Assembly: GCA_963832745.1 (NCBI GenBank) | Contig: CAWHVC010000005.1 | Coordinates: 256,001-320,000 of the forward strand | Length of the DNA: 64,000 bases | Direction: 5' to 3' | Source of the DNA: Candidatus Bathyarchaeota archaeon | GTDB taxonomy: Archaea; Thermoproteota; Bathyarchaeia; Bathyarchaeales; Bathycorpusculaceae | Shown: positions 30,352 through 40,596 of the stretch, in pieces | Layout of the letters: the number at the start of each line of letters is the position of its first letter | Position numbering within the stretch: the first letter of the stretch is position 1 | The notes under the pieces: model-generated | Seen by the model: the letters and a program-made list of their open reading frames with translations, nothing else | What the model was told of the DNA's origin: nothing | Databases searched by the model: none | Translations under genes and position numbers: made by a program

Positions 30352-30834
30352 CTAAGACGTGAAATACAGGTTAATTGTTGAATTGACTAGTTTTTCGGCC
30401 ACTATACTGGCATAGTTAGAATTGCTTACTAAAACGCTGGAACTGTTCCAGTTGACGCTCGTCCCTAGAATAACTGAGGTGGATGTTTGAATTTGGGTGC
30501 CATCAAGAGTCAGAGTTAGGTCAAGAATACGCGTAGAAGTATCCACTGAGTCCAAAGATGCCCGTAACGTGCCATTTGCAGTATACGTGTGACCATCAAT
30601 AAATTTAGGCAAATTCAAACTATCAGTAACAACTACTGAAGAAATTGTGTCGTGACCTAAAGTTGTGTATAACTGCATTATGGAACTGCCCAAGTTGCTT
30701 GCTATCTCTTGGAGCTGCAATGTCTCTCGTGAAACATTCCAGTTGTTCATAATTAAACTGGCTGTGTATGGAAAAAGGAAAATCTGCAAAATCAACAACG
30801 GAATCATAATCATGTATTCGATAGTGATGTGCAT
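30352..30834 (-). CDS. Minor pilin-like protein
   Basis: ITIEYMIMIPLLIL, a pilin-type xxEY N-terminus. Confidence 0.65.
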   Translation of the reverse strand: MHITIEYMIMIPLLILQIFLFPYTASLIMNNWNVSRETLQLQEIASNLGSSIMQLYTTLGHDTISSVVVTDSLNLPKFIDGHTYTANGTLRASLDSVDTSTRILDLTLTLDGTQIQTSTSVILGTSVNWNSSSVLVSNSNYASIVAEKLVNSTINLYFTS

Positions 30835-30846
30835 GCTTTTTTCCTC

Positions 30847-31722
30847 TTATGTTTCTCCTAATCCGACAGTTATTTTGCCAATGTATAATTCAACTACAGA
30901 GTTTGCTGGCAAGGGTATGATCTGACTTTCAGTTGAGAATTGGAAGAAGTCAGAGTCAAAACCGTTTGTAGAAATGGGGGAACCGTTTGGGAAAGCAACG
31001 GTTATACGGACTTGACTTATGCCGCTTACTATCACTTTCTCTATGTCTGTGCCTGTTAAACTGACAGCTTGAGAAAGATACGGGCTTGCGCTAGCTCTTA
31101 CGAGTGTTGGCAAATAGAATTTGTAGTAATTTGTTGTTACATCTGCCGAACCAGTGATTGAAGAGTTAAGCATACGAATTGAGGGTACAGCTACGATTCT
31201 AGTGTAATTGCCGTCACGCATGGGCAGTTTTTCGATGCAGTACACGGAAGTTACTGGGGCAGAGGGACCTGACTGGACAAATGCACCGTCATCAGAAGAT
31301 AACCGTTCAAAGTAACCATTACCCATGGTGTACATGGTTACTGGAAGAGTAAACATTATCATGCCAGTTTCGTTTGCTGAAAGCACAGACCATTCATGGC
31401 CATTGTAAACCTCAAAAGTGTAATTTAACGCAAGCGACTGAAACTGCATATTACCATAACTCGTAGTGTATCTTACTGTTTGGGTTCTTCCAATAGTCCA
31501 TGCAATGTCGTCAATTTGAAGACCAGTTGTAAGCATAAACTGTTTGTTGGCGCTGAACTCGTTTTCAGCCATACGTCGATTCAAGTAACCACTAGCATAA
31601 AACATTGCGACAAGTATTACAACGATTGTTGTAGCAGTAAGGATAACAGTGGAGATGGCAGGGCTGACTGCCTTTTTGTTTTTTAGCAGATTTTTTTGGG
31701 TTTGTGGTTTAAAGGGCGGCAT
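30847..31722 (-). CDS. Archaeal pilin-like protein
   Basis: Class III signal KKA|VSPAISTVIL. Confidence 0.8.
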   Translation of the reverse strand: MPPFKPQTQKNLLKNKKAVSPAISTVILTATTIVVILVAMFYASGYLNRRMAENEFSANKQFMLTTGLQIDDIAWTIGRTQTVRYTTSYGNMQFQSLALNYTFEVYNGHEWSVLSANETGMIMFTLPVTMYTMGNGYFERLSSDDGAFVQSGPSAPVTSVYCIEKLPMRDGNYTRIVAVPSIRMLNSSITGSADVTTNYYKFYLPTLVRASASPYLSQAVSLTGTDIEKVIVSGISQVRITVAFPNGSPISTNGFDSDFFQFSTESQIIPLPANSVVELYIGKITVGLGET

Positions 31723-31739
31723 TTCTTGTTTTTCTCCAC

Positions 31740-33443
31740 TTAGATGTTTATGAAAAGAGGCACGAGTTTGGCTGCAAGCAAGGATATAATGACTAGTATG
31801 GTTGCGTGTTTGAATCCTGAAGCTACTGATTCATCACTGATTTTTCCTGCCACAATGCCGATGAGGTAACTGTTGAAAATGACTGATGCCATGAAGATCG
31901 TGCGTACTTGGCTTAAATCTTGAGTTGGCTGTGTTCCTGTAACACCTACTAGCAGAGTGCCAGACGTGAAACTTAGCATCATAACGGTTGTTGCGACCAG
32001 CAGAATTGAAGCTAAGTAAGGCATGAACACGTATGGTCGAACTGACATTTTCTTTTCTTTTTCAGTTTCATGTGTCAGGTTGTTGAATCTTGCAAGGGAT
32101 TCAATCATGGTAATTGTTCCGCCGCCCACGTCGATGGTTTCAACGAGTAGGAACATGTTTAGTTGTACCATCCAGCTTTTTGTGCGCTTCAAAAAGTCCA
32201 TGATGACTTTTTTTATTGGTATACCCCAAGAAATTTCTGAGCTGATTTTTCTTAGCTCTTTGCTAAAGGTGCCGTAATCTTTGTTGGATAAGCTTTCGAT
32301 GCATTTTTCTGGTGAAAGCCCAGTTTTTCTGACTTCTGTTAGGTCTCGTAGGAAGTTGTTGATGCCGGTTTCCATGCTGTTTTTGTGTGTCTGTAGTTTC
32401 ATTGCAATTAATGCTGCTGGTGCGGTAGAGATTATTAGGCCGATAGATATCGCAACAGGCAAGTCAATGATTGTTTGAAGGCTTGTGATGAATGGAATGG
32501 ATATTAAGCCCATGAAGTTTGTAAGCACCAGAAAAACTATTACTGCTACCACTGCACTAATGCCATAGACTTTGTATGGGCGCATTTCTGAAACTGGCGA
32601 TTTTGGCTGCATATTATGAGCTAACCAGATGAACATGCCTGACAGTAGAGGCGTGAAAAGGTAAGTGTACATTATCATGCCTGAAACGTCTTGTGTTGCG
32701 CCTGGTTGAATAGAGTTAACGCTGAAGAGAATGTAGAAGCAAAGCGACATCATGACTTGAACGATAATGAAAGTTTCCATTAACATGCCGAGACGTTCAG
32801 CTGCTGCTTTGACTCTTGATGCGCGTTCTTTGAAGATGTCTTCTGCTTTTCTTTCAAGGAAATGACCGATGTCTCCGCCGATAATGACCGTTGAAGCGTA
32901 ACCGGCAAGGAACTCTTTGAATATGTCTAATGGGTTTTCTTTTGCAGCTTTTTCTAAAGCAGATAATGGGTCAATGCCGAAGATTTCTACGTCTTTTATA
33001 ATTTCTCGTGCTTCGCTTTTCATTGCAGGCATTAAATCGACTTCGGATAACCGTTTAAAACTTGTATAAGGCGCGATACCACCTGAAGCCATAACGCTAA
33101 TGTAAGATGCAACGAAAGGCATTTCCCGTTCCAGATTGGCGCCTCTATCGCTGGCTTTTGACATGGGTGCAAGCAGAAAACCAGCCATCACATAGAGCGG
33201 CAATGGAATTAGGAAGATTATTGGCATAAAGCCGAAGAAGGCAACTATGAAAACCGAAATAACTGAGGCAGGTACGGTTAGCAATGCTATAAAAAGCATT
33301 AAGGAAACGTATGTTTCAGGGTAAATTTTGATTCTTGCCTTGTTTAATGTAGTTTTGAATTGGTAAATGTTTTTAAGAAATTTAGGAGCTATACCGCCGA
33401 AAAGGCGAAATGATAAAGCCTCAAGCGTTTTTAGAAGCGGCAA
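31740..33443 (-). CDS. Type IV pilus platform protein (TadC/ArlJ, two T2SSF domains)
   Basis: LEREMPFVASYISVMASGG and FLRDLTEVRKTGLSPE repeats with multiple TM helices. Confidence 0.92.
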   Translation of the reverse strand: MPLLKTLEALSFRLFGGIAPKFLKNIYQFKTTLNKARIKIYPETYVSLMLFIALLTVPASVISVFIVAFFGFMPIIFLIPLPLYVMAGFLLAPMSKASDRGANLEREMPFVASYISVMASGGIAPYTSFKRLSEVDLMPAMKSEAREIIKDVEIFGIDPLSALEKAAKENPLDIFKEFLAGYASTVIIGGDIGHFLERKAEDIFKERASRVKAAAERLGMLMETFIIVQVMMSLCFYILFSVNSIQPGATQDVSGMIMYTYLFTPLLSGMFIWLAHNMQPKSPVSEMRPYKVYGISAVVAVIVFLVLTNFMGLISIPFITSLQTIIDLPVAISIGLIISTAPAALIAMKLQTHKNSMETGINNFLRDLTEVRKTGLSPEKCIESLSNKDYGTFSKELRKISSEISWGIPIKKVIMDFLKRTKSWMVQLNMFLLVETIDVGGGTITMIESLARFNNLTHETEKEKKMSVRPYVFMPYLASILLVATTVMMLSFTSGTLLVGVTGTQPTQDLSQVRTIFMASVIFNSYLIGIVAGKISDESVASGFKHATILVIISLLAAKLVPLFINI

Positions 33444-35049
33444 CTGGCTTGGCCTCCTCTGCAGCTATAATTTTGTCGTAGTAACCTTTTGGTCTTGAAT
33501 AGTACTCGGCGATTACTGTTGAAACTTCTTTGTAGCTGCGTATGTTCTTTGAACGCATCCATTTTAGCACGTTTTTGCGTCTTTGTATTTCTTCAATTAC
33601 GTCTTCTTTTATTTGGCCTTGTCGTTCTGCGAATATTTTGAGTAATTCGCTCTTGTCAAAATCAATTTCTTGTACGTCTTTAGTGGGGTTCCACTTGATT
33701 GGTGTACGGTAGTTATCAAAATCAACTATTTCGTTAACGTTTAAGACTCGTCTGAAAGCTTTCTTTTCGCCATTTTTAATTAGGTGGACTCGTTGAACGG
33801 ACATGACAATGTTCATTAATGGTATGTAAGCGGGTGAAATTTCCATTGGTTTCTGAGTTAAACGTTTGACTGCTGAGTCCAGTCCTTCAGCGTGCATTGT
33901 TGCCATACCGCCGTGACCAGTTGCTAAAGCTTGGAACAAGACATATGCTTCTTGGCCTCTGATTTCACCTACGATCAACATGTCAGGGCGGTGTCTCATT
34001 GAAGTTTTTACCAAGTCAAAAAGTGCTACTTCACCGACGCTGCTGCCGCCTAAACCGTAGCTTTGCCGGGCAATTAATGAAACCCAGTTTTCATGTGAAA
34101 GGTTCAACTCTGCGGTTTCTTCGATGGTGATAATTTTGTTTCCCGGTTTGATCAGGCATGCTAACGCGTTTAAAGCGGTGGTTTTGCCGGCTGCTGTGCC
34201 ACCTAAAACCATGATTGAAGCACGGTTTTCCAGAGCCACCCATAAGTAAGCAGCCATTTCTTCGCTGAATGTTCCAATGTTAATTAAGTCAATTATTGAG
34301 TAAGGGTCTTCTCTGAATTTTCTGATTGTAAATGCTGTTCCGAACGGTGTGATTTCTCGCCTGTAGGCTACTGCGAGTCTGTGTTTTCCGGGCAGTGAAG
34401 CGTCGACGATTGGAAAGGCGCTGCTGACGTGTTTTCCTGCCATGTGTACGAGTTTTACGACCATGTTGTCGAGGATTTCGTCACTTTCAAGTTGCAGGTT
34501 TGTTTCTATTGACTCGAAATTGCGGTGCCAAATGTAGACTGGCTTGTTTACACCGTCGCAACTGATATCTTCTATGTTGGGGTCACGCATCAGGGAATCG
34601 ATTTTTCCGAAACCGACCAAGTCTCGTTCTGCGTGGTACAAGATTTTGTACCATGAAACATCAGGTAGCCATCCGAGACTGATTCGGTATTTATCCACGA
34701 TTTTTTTAGCTTCTTCTGCGAAAAATTTTCGTGGGTCAGCGATTTCTTCTTTAGGTGATTCGATTTCTGCGAGTAAAATTTCAAGGATTCTGTTGTAGAC
34801 GCCTCTTTCTAGTGGGTTTAGTTGTAGTTCGTCGAGTATGTATTTGTATTCGCCTGTTTTGGGGTTTTGGACGATTACTACGTGTGAGAAAGGTTCGTAT
34901 AATGGGTATTTGTCGATGACTTTTAGTCCCTTTGGTAATAATTTTGTGTCTGGTGCAGGTGATAGCTCTTCTGCCTGCTTGGTTTTTTTGAAGTTAATTT
35001 TGATTTTTTTGAGACCTGTGAATGATTGTTTTAGGCTCAAGGGGGACAA
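33421..35049 (-). CDS. Type IV pilus assembly ATPase (TadA/ArlI family)
   Basis: Walker A GGTAAGKTT, IEET, RHRPDMLIVGEIRG and TGHGGMATMHA. Exact start uncertain (TTG at ~35049). Confidence 0.95.
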   Translation of the reverse strand: MSPLSLKQSFTGLKKIKINFKKTKQAEELSPAPDTKLLPKGLKVIDKYPLYEPFSHVVIVQNPKTGEYKYILDELQLNPLERGVYNRILEILLAEIESPKEEIADPRKFFAEEAKKIVDKYRISLGWLPDVSWYKILYHAERDLVGFGKIDSLMRDPNIEDISCDGVNKPVYIWHRNFESIETNLQLESDEILDNMVVKLVHMAGKHVSSAFPIVDASLPGKHRLAVAYRREITPFGTAFTIRKFREDPYSIIDLINIGTFSEEMAAYLWVALENRASIMVLGGTAAGKTTALNALACLIKPGNKIITIEETAELNLSHENWVSLIARQSYGLGGSSVGEVALFDLVKTSMRHRPDMLIVGEIRGQEAYVLFQALATGHGGMATMHAEGLDSAVKRLTQKPMEISPAYIPLMNIVMSVQRVHLIKNGEKKAFRRVLNVNEIVDFDNYRTPIKWNPTKDVQEIDFDKSELLKIFAERQGQIKEDVIEEIQRRKNVLKWMRSKNIRSYKEVSTVIAEYYSRPKGYYDKIIAAEEAKPVAASKNA

Positions 35050-35172
35050 ATCTTCTGTACTCTCCGAATAGTAGCGTTGGAGCAAGTATTAATTAAATAT
35101 TACGTCTTAATACGCTATATTGCTGATAAGTACAACAGATAAACAAAACAACACAAATACACAATAAAAAAT

Positions 35173-35778
35173 TTAGAAATCCGCCAAAAACGGATTAGAA
35201 CGCTTTTCCCGACCCATTAAAGAAATCCCGCCATGACCGGGATAAACAATCAAACCATCAGGTAAACCCAACAGTTTCTTCAAAGTTACACTCATATCCT
35301 TTGGCGAGCTTTCCACAAAATCAGTCCGCCCAATACTGCCCGCAAACAGGGTGTCCCCTGAAAATACAAGTTTATCGCCAACAAGACATATGCAGCCCAT
35401 TGTATGCCCTGGTGTATGCATGACTTTTAGATTTGCATTTCCGAATTTTATTATGTCCCCGTCTTTGAGCAGAACATCGTTTTTCGAGTCATGATTTTCT
35501 AGGTTTTCCAGAAATGAGGCGTCAAATTCGTGGATGCATATGGGGGCTTCATATTTTTTCTGCATTATTGCGTCGCCATTTATGTGGTCGGAGTGCCCGT
35601 GAGTGTTTACGATGAATTTGATTTTGAGTTTTTCCTTATTTATGTAATTGAAGATTGGTTGTGCTTCGGCGACAAAGTCCAGTCCTGGGTCGATTATGAT
35701 TGCTTCTTTTGTTTCTGTGCAGTTTGCAATGTAGCAGTTGGTTGAGAGCATGCCTACGGTAAAGGTTTCAACTTGCAT
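35173..35778 (-). CDS. MBL-fold metallo-hydrolase (glyoxalase II-like)
   Basis: THGHSDH, HTPGHT, GDTLF and PGHG motifs. Confidence 0.9.
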   Translation of the reverse strand: MQVETFTVGMLSTNCYIANCTETKEAIIIDPGLDFVAEAQPIFNYINKEKLKIKFIVNTHGHSDHINGDAIMQKKYEAPICIHEFDASFLENLENHDSKNDVLLKDGDIIKFGNANLKVMHTPGHTMGCICLVGDKLVFSGDTLFAGSIGRTDFVESSPKDMSVTLKKLLGLPDGLIVYPGHGGISLMGREKRSNPFLADF

Positions 35779-35909
35779 AGAGTCCACTGGGAAAGATTGG
35801 TGAAGCAAAAATAAAGTGTTTTCTTTTTTTACAATTGTTGGTGTGTTGTGCAGGCAGACAATAATGTTTATTACGTCTTAATTTACAATACATGTTATAG
35901 GTACGGCAC

Positions 35910-36137
35910 ATGAAACTTCAAATCATGCTCGGGTTTATCGCTATGTTTGCAGTAATCTCCTACCTAATTCCGACTCCCATGTTTCCAGGAAACTATGTAT
36001 GCGGCGGCATCGGCAAAGCAGCCCAATTTGTTGAACAAAATCTTCAGATTTTTAGCTCCTTGTTTAACGGTTTGTTTTATGGGGGAATAATGGGGTTAAT
36101 CTTTTTTGGAGCAAGCCGAAAAATCAAAAATTTATAG
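35910..36137 (+). CDS. Small membrane protein
   Basis: Two hydrophobic segments, ATG start. Confidence 0.55.
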   Translation: MKLQIMLGFIAMFAVISYLIPTPMFPGNYVCGGIGKAAQFVEQNLQIFSSLFNGLFYGGIMGLIFFGASRKIKNL

Positions 36138-36151
36138 AAAATACGTGCCAA

Positions 36152-36388
36152 TTAGGCCTCAGAATTAAAACCGGTAAGCCTAATGGTGCTCTCACATTTA
36201 CCGCAGGTTATAACAAGTTCAACTAACTCATCATTTTGAACTTTAGTATCAACGATTTGATAGTTATCCTCTGATTCATCTTCAGGCGAAATTGCCAAAC
36301 CACATTTAGGACACTTAAACGAACCGTCACCTTCAACCTGCGCCAAATCAATAAGGAAGGACTCCTTGTCGGTTGGTTTCTTCATCAT
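36152..36388 (-). CDS. Small Zn-ribbon protein
   Basis: CPKC and CGKC pairs; AGGAG SD upstream. Confidence 0.75.
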   Translation of the reverse strand: MMKKPTDKESFLIDLAQVEGDGSFKCPKCGLAISPEDESEDNYQIVDTKVQNDELVELVITCGKCESTIRLTGFNSEA

Positions 36389-36538
36389 ACATTTTGTCTC
36401 CTTTTAAATTGTTTCGATTTTTTGTTTATTAATAGTTATGAAGTTTTACTCAGTAATTCATTCCTTTTAAGATTTCACCCAAATTGAGGTAAAATATTTC
36501 TAAGGGAAAAAATGGAAAAAATTTTTTCCAGAGAAATA

Positions 36539-38419
36539 TTATTCAAATTGTTCTGGCGAAATGTAGTCGCCGTATTTTTCTTTAGCTTCCAGCAATCGTT
36601 CGCGTTGCATGTAGAGTTGACCGAACATTTCCAGTGGTATGTCTGTGACGTTTTCTTGGTAGAATTTAGAAACGCGTTCGATTTTTGCAAGGTTTTCAGG
36701 TATGCGTGTGGTGAATTGTTTAATGTAGTCTTCTTTTGCGTAGTCTTTGCCTAGTACTTCTTTGAAGAGTTTCTTTAGATCATCATATTTTGGTATGCAG
36801 CCTGTTGGAGTCTTTATTACGTCAACTTCATTGTGTACTCGTAGCTCCATCCATTTAACCCAGACGTGCTTATCCCGTGAACTGTTAAGGTATTTACCGT
36901 CTTCAACTCCACGCAAGAAATAGTTCACGCCAAAGACTATTGGCTGCTTCTTAAGTTTACGTCCAAACTCCAAGTTGTTGCTAACGTTTTTGCCAAGCGG
37001 AATTGAAATGAAGTCTTGAATGCTCATCATGTTGATTTCTGGAACGCCTTCCTTGCCGATTGTTGCAAAAGTTGTTTCAGTTTCCAAGGATGCACCGTAT
37101 GCGATGATTCCGTGTTCCCAACTGTAGCTTTGCTGAACTGGAACGTAAGCTTTTGCGTCTCGTCCACCGTACATGATGCCGCCGAGTTCAACACCGTTGG
37201 GATTGTTAAGTTCAGGGTCAACATTTTCCAATGCAGTCAAGGCTACTGCGTAACGTGCATTTTTGTGTGCTGCTGGAACTTCAGCGCCTGTTTCATCCTT
37301 TTTGCCTTCGTACCATTGACCGGTAAAGTTTAAACCGTCTTTTGGCAGTTCTTTACCCATGCCCAGCCAGTATGGTTTACCATCTTTGACTAGGATGTTA
37401 GAGAATACTACTTCCCCGGGTGAGTTTAGAACCTTCCAGATTAGGGCGTCATCTTTTTCTTTAACGTCTTGTATGATGCCGAAGATACCGCTTTCAACAT
37501 TAACGGCACGTGCAGCATCGTTGATTTCGCGGATGTAAGCGATGTCGTCGCCAAGGATGGTTTCGCCTTGAAGCATGGCTGTTGATGTTTTACCGCATGC
37601 ACTTGGGAATGCGCCTGCAAAGTAGGTTTTACGTTTGTTTGGACCATAAACGCCCATGAGCAGCATGTGTTCTGCTAGCCAGCCTTCACTGCTTGCTTTG
37701 CGGATTGCAAGGCGGAAAGCAAGTTTTTTGAAGCCGACACTATTGCCCGCGTATTGTGTGTTTACGCTGTATATGGTATTGTCCATGTGGTCAATGTAGA
37801 TGCGTTTTTTGTTTGGTTCTGCGCTGACCATTTCCTCGGTTAAGTTACCTGCTGAATGCAATACTCGTAGGAAATCGCTTTTTGGTCCAGCTTTTACGAA
37901 TTGATCATAACCTGCCCTGTAAAGCAAATCTTCGGTGTGAGCAACATACCATGAGTCAGTGCACTGTAAACCTAAAATTGTAAAAACTGAATCCCTTGGC
38001 CCCAGAGAAATGAAGCGGACAATCATGGTTTTGCCAATCATTAAGTCTCTGAGTTCGCCACGGACTTCAGTTAAACCTTCCTGCCTGTCAATTTGGTTAA
38101 GCGCTTTGCTTAAAGAAACGCCTCTAGGCACGAGGTATTTGGTATTTTGGCGGTCTCGACCTTGGTCTTTTTCGCCGTCAAAGTGCACTGTTTGTCCTTG
38201 AAGGGTAAGGATTGCTTGTTCTTCACCTGTTGCGACTGCTTGCTTTCGGACAAACGCAATGTCTTCGGCTGAATCGCTGCAGATAAAGATTTTTTCTGGG
38301 TGGCAAAGGTCGTTGGCTTTTGCGATGAATTCATGGACGTTTGGGTTATCGATTGCTGATAGTTTCTCGAAGTCTTTTTGGCTAAGTTTAGGTTGAAGTG
38401 CTTCTAGATAGGGATTCAT
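36539..38419 (-). CDS. pckG: Phosphoenolpyruvate carboxykinase (GTP)
   Basis: YAGNSVGFKK, WLAEHM, GAFPSACGKTSTAM, GDDIAY and HKNARY motifs. Confidence 0.95.
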   Translation of the reverse strand: MNPYLEALQPKLSQKDFEKLSAIDNPNVHEFIAKANDLCHPEKIFICSDSAEDIAFVRKQAVATGEEQAILTLQGQTVHFDGEKDQGRDRQNTKYLVPRGVSLSKALNQIDRQEGLTEVRGELRDLMIGKTMIVRFISLGPRDSVFTILGLQCTDSWYVAHTEDLLYRAGYDQFVKAGPKSDFLRVLHSAGNLTEEMVSAEPNKKRIYIDHMDNTIYSVNTQYAGNSVGFKKLAFRLAIRKASSEGWLAEHMLLMGVYGPNKRKTYFAGAFPSACGKTSTAMLQGETILGDDIAYIREINDAARAVNVESGIFGIIQDVKEKDDALIWKVLNSPGEVVFSNILVKDGKPYWLGMGKELPKDGLNFTGQWYEGKKDETGAEVPAAHKNARYAVALTALENVDPELNNPNGVELGGIMYGGRDAKAYVPVQQSYSWEHGIIAYGASLETETTFATIGKEGVPEINMMSIQDFISIPLGKNVSNNLEFGRKLKKQPIVFGVNYFLRGVEDGKYLNSSRDKHVWVKWMELRVHNEVDVIKTPTGCIPKYDDLKKLFKEVLGKDYAKEDYIKQFTTRIPENLAKIERVSKFYQENVTDIPLEMFGQLYMQRERLLEAKEKYGDYISPEQFE

Positions 38420-38437
38420 AATGTTTTATCCTCGAAC

Positions 38438-39421
38438 TTATAATTCATGTACTGTTCCGGGTACCCTTGGAAATGGCTGGCACTCAGCGATATGTTTTAC
38501 GCCTGTAACCCATCCAACTAAACGTTCAATGCCGATACCTGCACCTGCTGTCGGTTTTAAGCGTCCTTCTTTAGCCATCTTGATGATTAATGCATAGTTT
38601 TCCTTTTTGACTTGGTCCCGTTCAATCTTTTTGGTGATTTTGTCATACTCATGTTCACGTTTAGCGCCTGAGAGGATTTCTCCAAATTGCGGCATGAACA
38701 AGTCATAGTTATCCCATTTGCCCGTCGCGAAATCCTCAAAATCGTAAAATTCGCGTGGAATGTTTGTTACCCAAACTGGTTGAGTAATGTCTGAAGCTAA
38801 ATCTGCTTCCCATGTTGCGCCGTATTTGGCTTCAAGGTCCTCGCGGTCAAGAATTTTGAACGGAGAATCTAAACTTGGGAGGGCGTCAAAACGACAAATG
38901 GTTGTTAAATCGTCTTTCATGTTTTTCTTTAAGTCTTTAATTAAGGTGCAAAGGGCTTCTTCAACAAGTGAGAAAACGTCTTTTGAAGTGGCGTTTCGGG
39001 CTTCAAAGTCGAGTTGTGTGAATTCGTAGATGTGTTTGCCGGTTTTTCCGCGTTCTGATTTTTCGATGCGGATGTTTGGTGAGAGAATGAAAAGTTTGGG
39101 GTAAGCAGTTGAGGCTGCGACTAATTTGTGGATAATCATGCTGGCCATTGTGCGGACTGGTTTTCCGTAGATGTCCACTTCTATTCTTTTTTCGATTGAT
39201 GCTCCGGGGTCTGGCCAGAGTGGGTCGGTGCTTTGGCTTAAGGCTACTGGTAGGAGCCATTGGAAGCCCTTATTGACGTATGTCGTTGTTAAGCTGCCTA
39301 GGGTGTATGTTACTATTCTGCCTATGCAGGCTTTCCTTTCGATTTCTTGTGCCGTTAGTTGGTCTAACGGTTTTGGCGGGTCTATTGTTTGAACGCATGT
39401 TTTTGATGTTTCTGATTTCAA
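38438..39421 (-). CDS. asnA: Archaeal-type asparagine synthetase A (AsnRS-like, no anticodon domain)
   Basis: STDPLWPDP, SMIIHK, SPNIRIE..HIYEFTQLDFE, GEILSG..RE, AGAGIGIERL..PFPRVPG. Confidence 0.85.
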   Translation of the reverse strand: MKSETSKTCVQTIDPPKPLDQLTAQEIERKACIGRIVTYTLGSLTTTYVNKGFQWLLPVALSQSTDPLWPDPGASIEKRIEVDIYGKPVRTMASMIIHKLVAASTAYPKLFILSPNIRIEKSERGKTGKHIYEFTQLDFEARNATSKDVFSLVEEALCTLIKDLKKNMKDDLTTICRFDALPSLDSPFKILDREDLEAKYGATWEADLASDITQPVWVTNIPREFYDFEDFATGKWDNYDLFMPQFGEILSGAKREHEYDKITKKIERDQVKKENYALIIKMAKEGRLKPTAGAGIGIERLVGWVTGVKHIAECQPFPRVPGTVHEL

Positions 39422-39549
39422 GGTTGTTCACTTGGTTAATTTTAACTGTTTATGAATACTGCAATGGAGATAATAAATTTTTTATAATAAAAAATGGGTT
39501 ATTTACAATAAAAAAGGGTTTTTATACTTGAAAACTGTAATATTTACAT

Positions 39550-40071
39550 ATGAGCATTAAACTTGACGACAAAGACATCGCCATCCTGCTGCTAATCCAA
39601 GAAAACAGCAAACTAACAGCCAACCAAATAGCCAAAAAAACCAGCACACCAATAACCACCGTTTTTGCAAAAATAAAACGCATGGAAGAACTAGGCATAA
39701 TCAAACAATACCGCGCCATCCTTGCCCCAGAAAAACTAAACCTTGGAACCGCAGCTTTCATCCTCGCTGCCGTGTCGTACGGAAACAAAGCAGACGGAAC
39801 ACCAATCACTCAACGTGACGTAGCTGAAGAAATCGCTCGGCTCTCAGACGTTCAAGAAGTTCATATAATCACGGGCGATTGGGACTTGCTGGTTAAAGTG
39901 CGGGCTGAAAGCGTTGATGCTATCGGCAAATTCGTCGTTGACAAGCTAAGGCGGATTAACGGGTTGCAGAAAACTTTGACATGTATGGTTTTTGAAACCG
40001 TAAAAGAAACAACCAGTCTACCAAGAGTTAACAAAAAGAGAACGTCAGAAAAACCTCAAGCGGTTGAATAA
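39550..40071 (+). CDS. Lrp/AsnC family transcriptional regulator
   Basis: LDDKDIAIL HTH, IKRMEELGII, VHIITGDWDLLVKV RAM domain; divergent from asnA. Confidence 0.93.
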   Translation: MSIKLDDKDIAILLLIQENSKLTANQIAKKTSTPITTVFAKIKRMEELGIIKQYRAILAPEKLNLGTAAFILAAVSYGNKADGTPITQRDVAEEIARLSDVQEVHIITGDWDLLVKVRAESVDAIGKFVVDKLRRINGLQKTLTCMVFETVKETTSLPRVNKKRTSEKPQAVE

Positions 40072-40481
40072 TACAACAAAGGTAACGCTAAAAGAACCGT
40101 GTTTTTTCCCTTAGGAGAAAGCGTATACTCCACGCGCAAGGGTGGTCCTGTTTGAACGTTACGTTCAATATAACCGTACTTTTGAAGCAACTTTAACTTA
40201 TCTGAAAGGGTTCGTGAGTTCACACCTAAGACCTTTTTTAGGCCACCAAACCCGCTTGTTTTCTTTAGAAGAAGTGTGTAGAGTATTTCAAGGCTCCATT
40301 TCTGGACTAACACGTTAAAGTTTTCCTGTAAGCTACCAAGTTCGTCTTTGACTTCTTGAGGCGTAATTTTTTGTTTTTCCATTATTGCTGAGAATGTTTG
40401 TTCAATGCCATGGAGTGTTCGGTCCATTTGGGCTTCGACTAGTTTGCGAAATTCTGCGCTTAAAGTTAAAGGGGCACTCAT
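40056..40481 (-). CDS. HxlR family winged-helix regulator
   Basis: KWSLEIL..VNSRTLSDKLKLL..PLRVEYTLSPKG. Confidence 0.9.
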   Translation of the reverse strand: MSAPLTLSAEFRKLVEAQMDRTLHGIEQTFSAIMEKQKITPQEVKDELGSLQENFNVLVQKWSLEILYTLLLKKTSGFGGLKKVLGVNSRTLSDKLKLLQKYGYIERNVQTGPPLRVEYTLSPKGKNTVLLALPLLYYSTA

Positions 40482-40596
40482 GTAAGATTACACTCGGTGT
40501 ACTTTGGCTTACTTCCTAATTTATTAAGGCTTTAGGCTTTACTAATAAAACATAGTATACAAAATACATCACTTAAGGTTTACGGAGAGAGCAAAC

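Noticed and set aside
22227-35049. Archaellum (motility) operon
   Set aside because: No archaellin, ArlH, ArlF/G or chemotaxis genes are present; the architecture fits a pilus.
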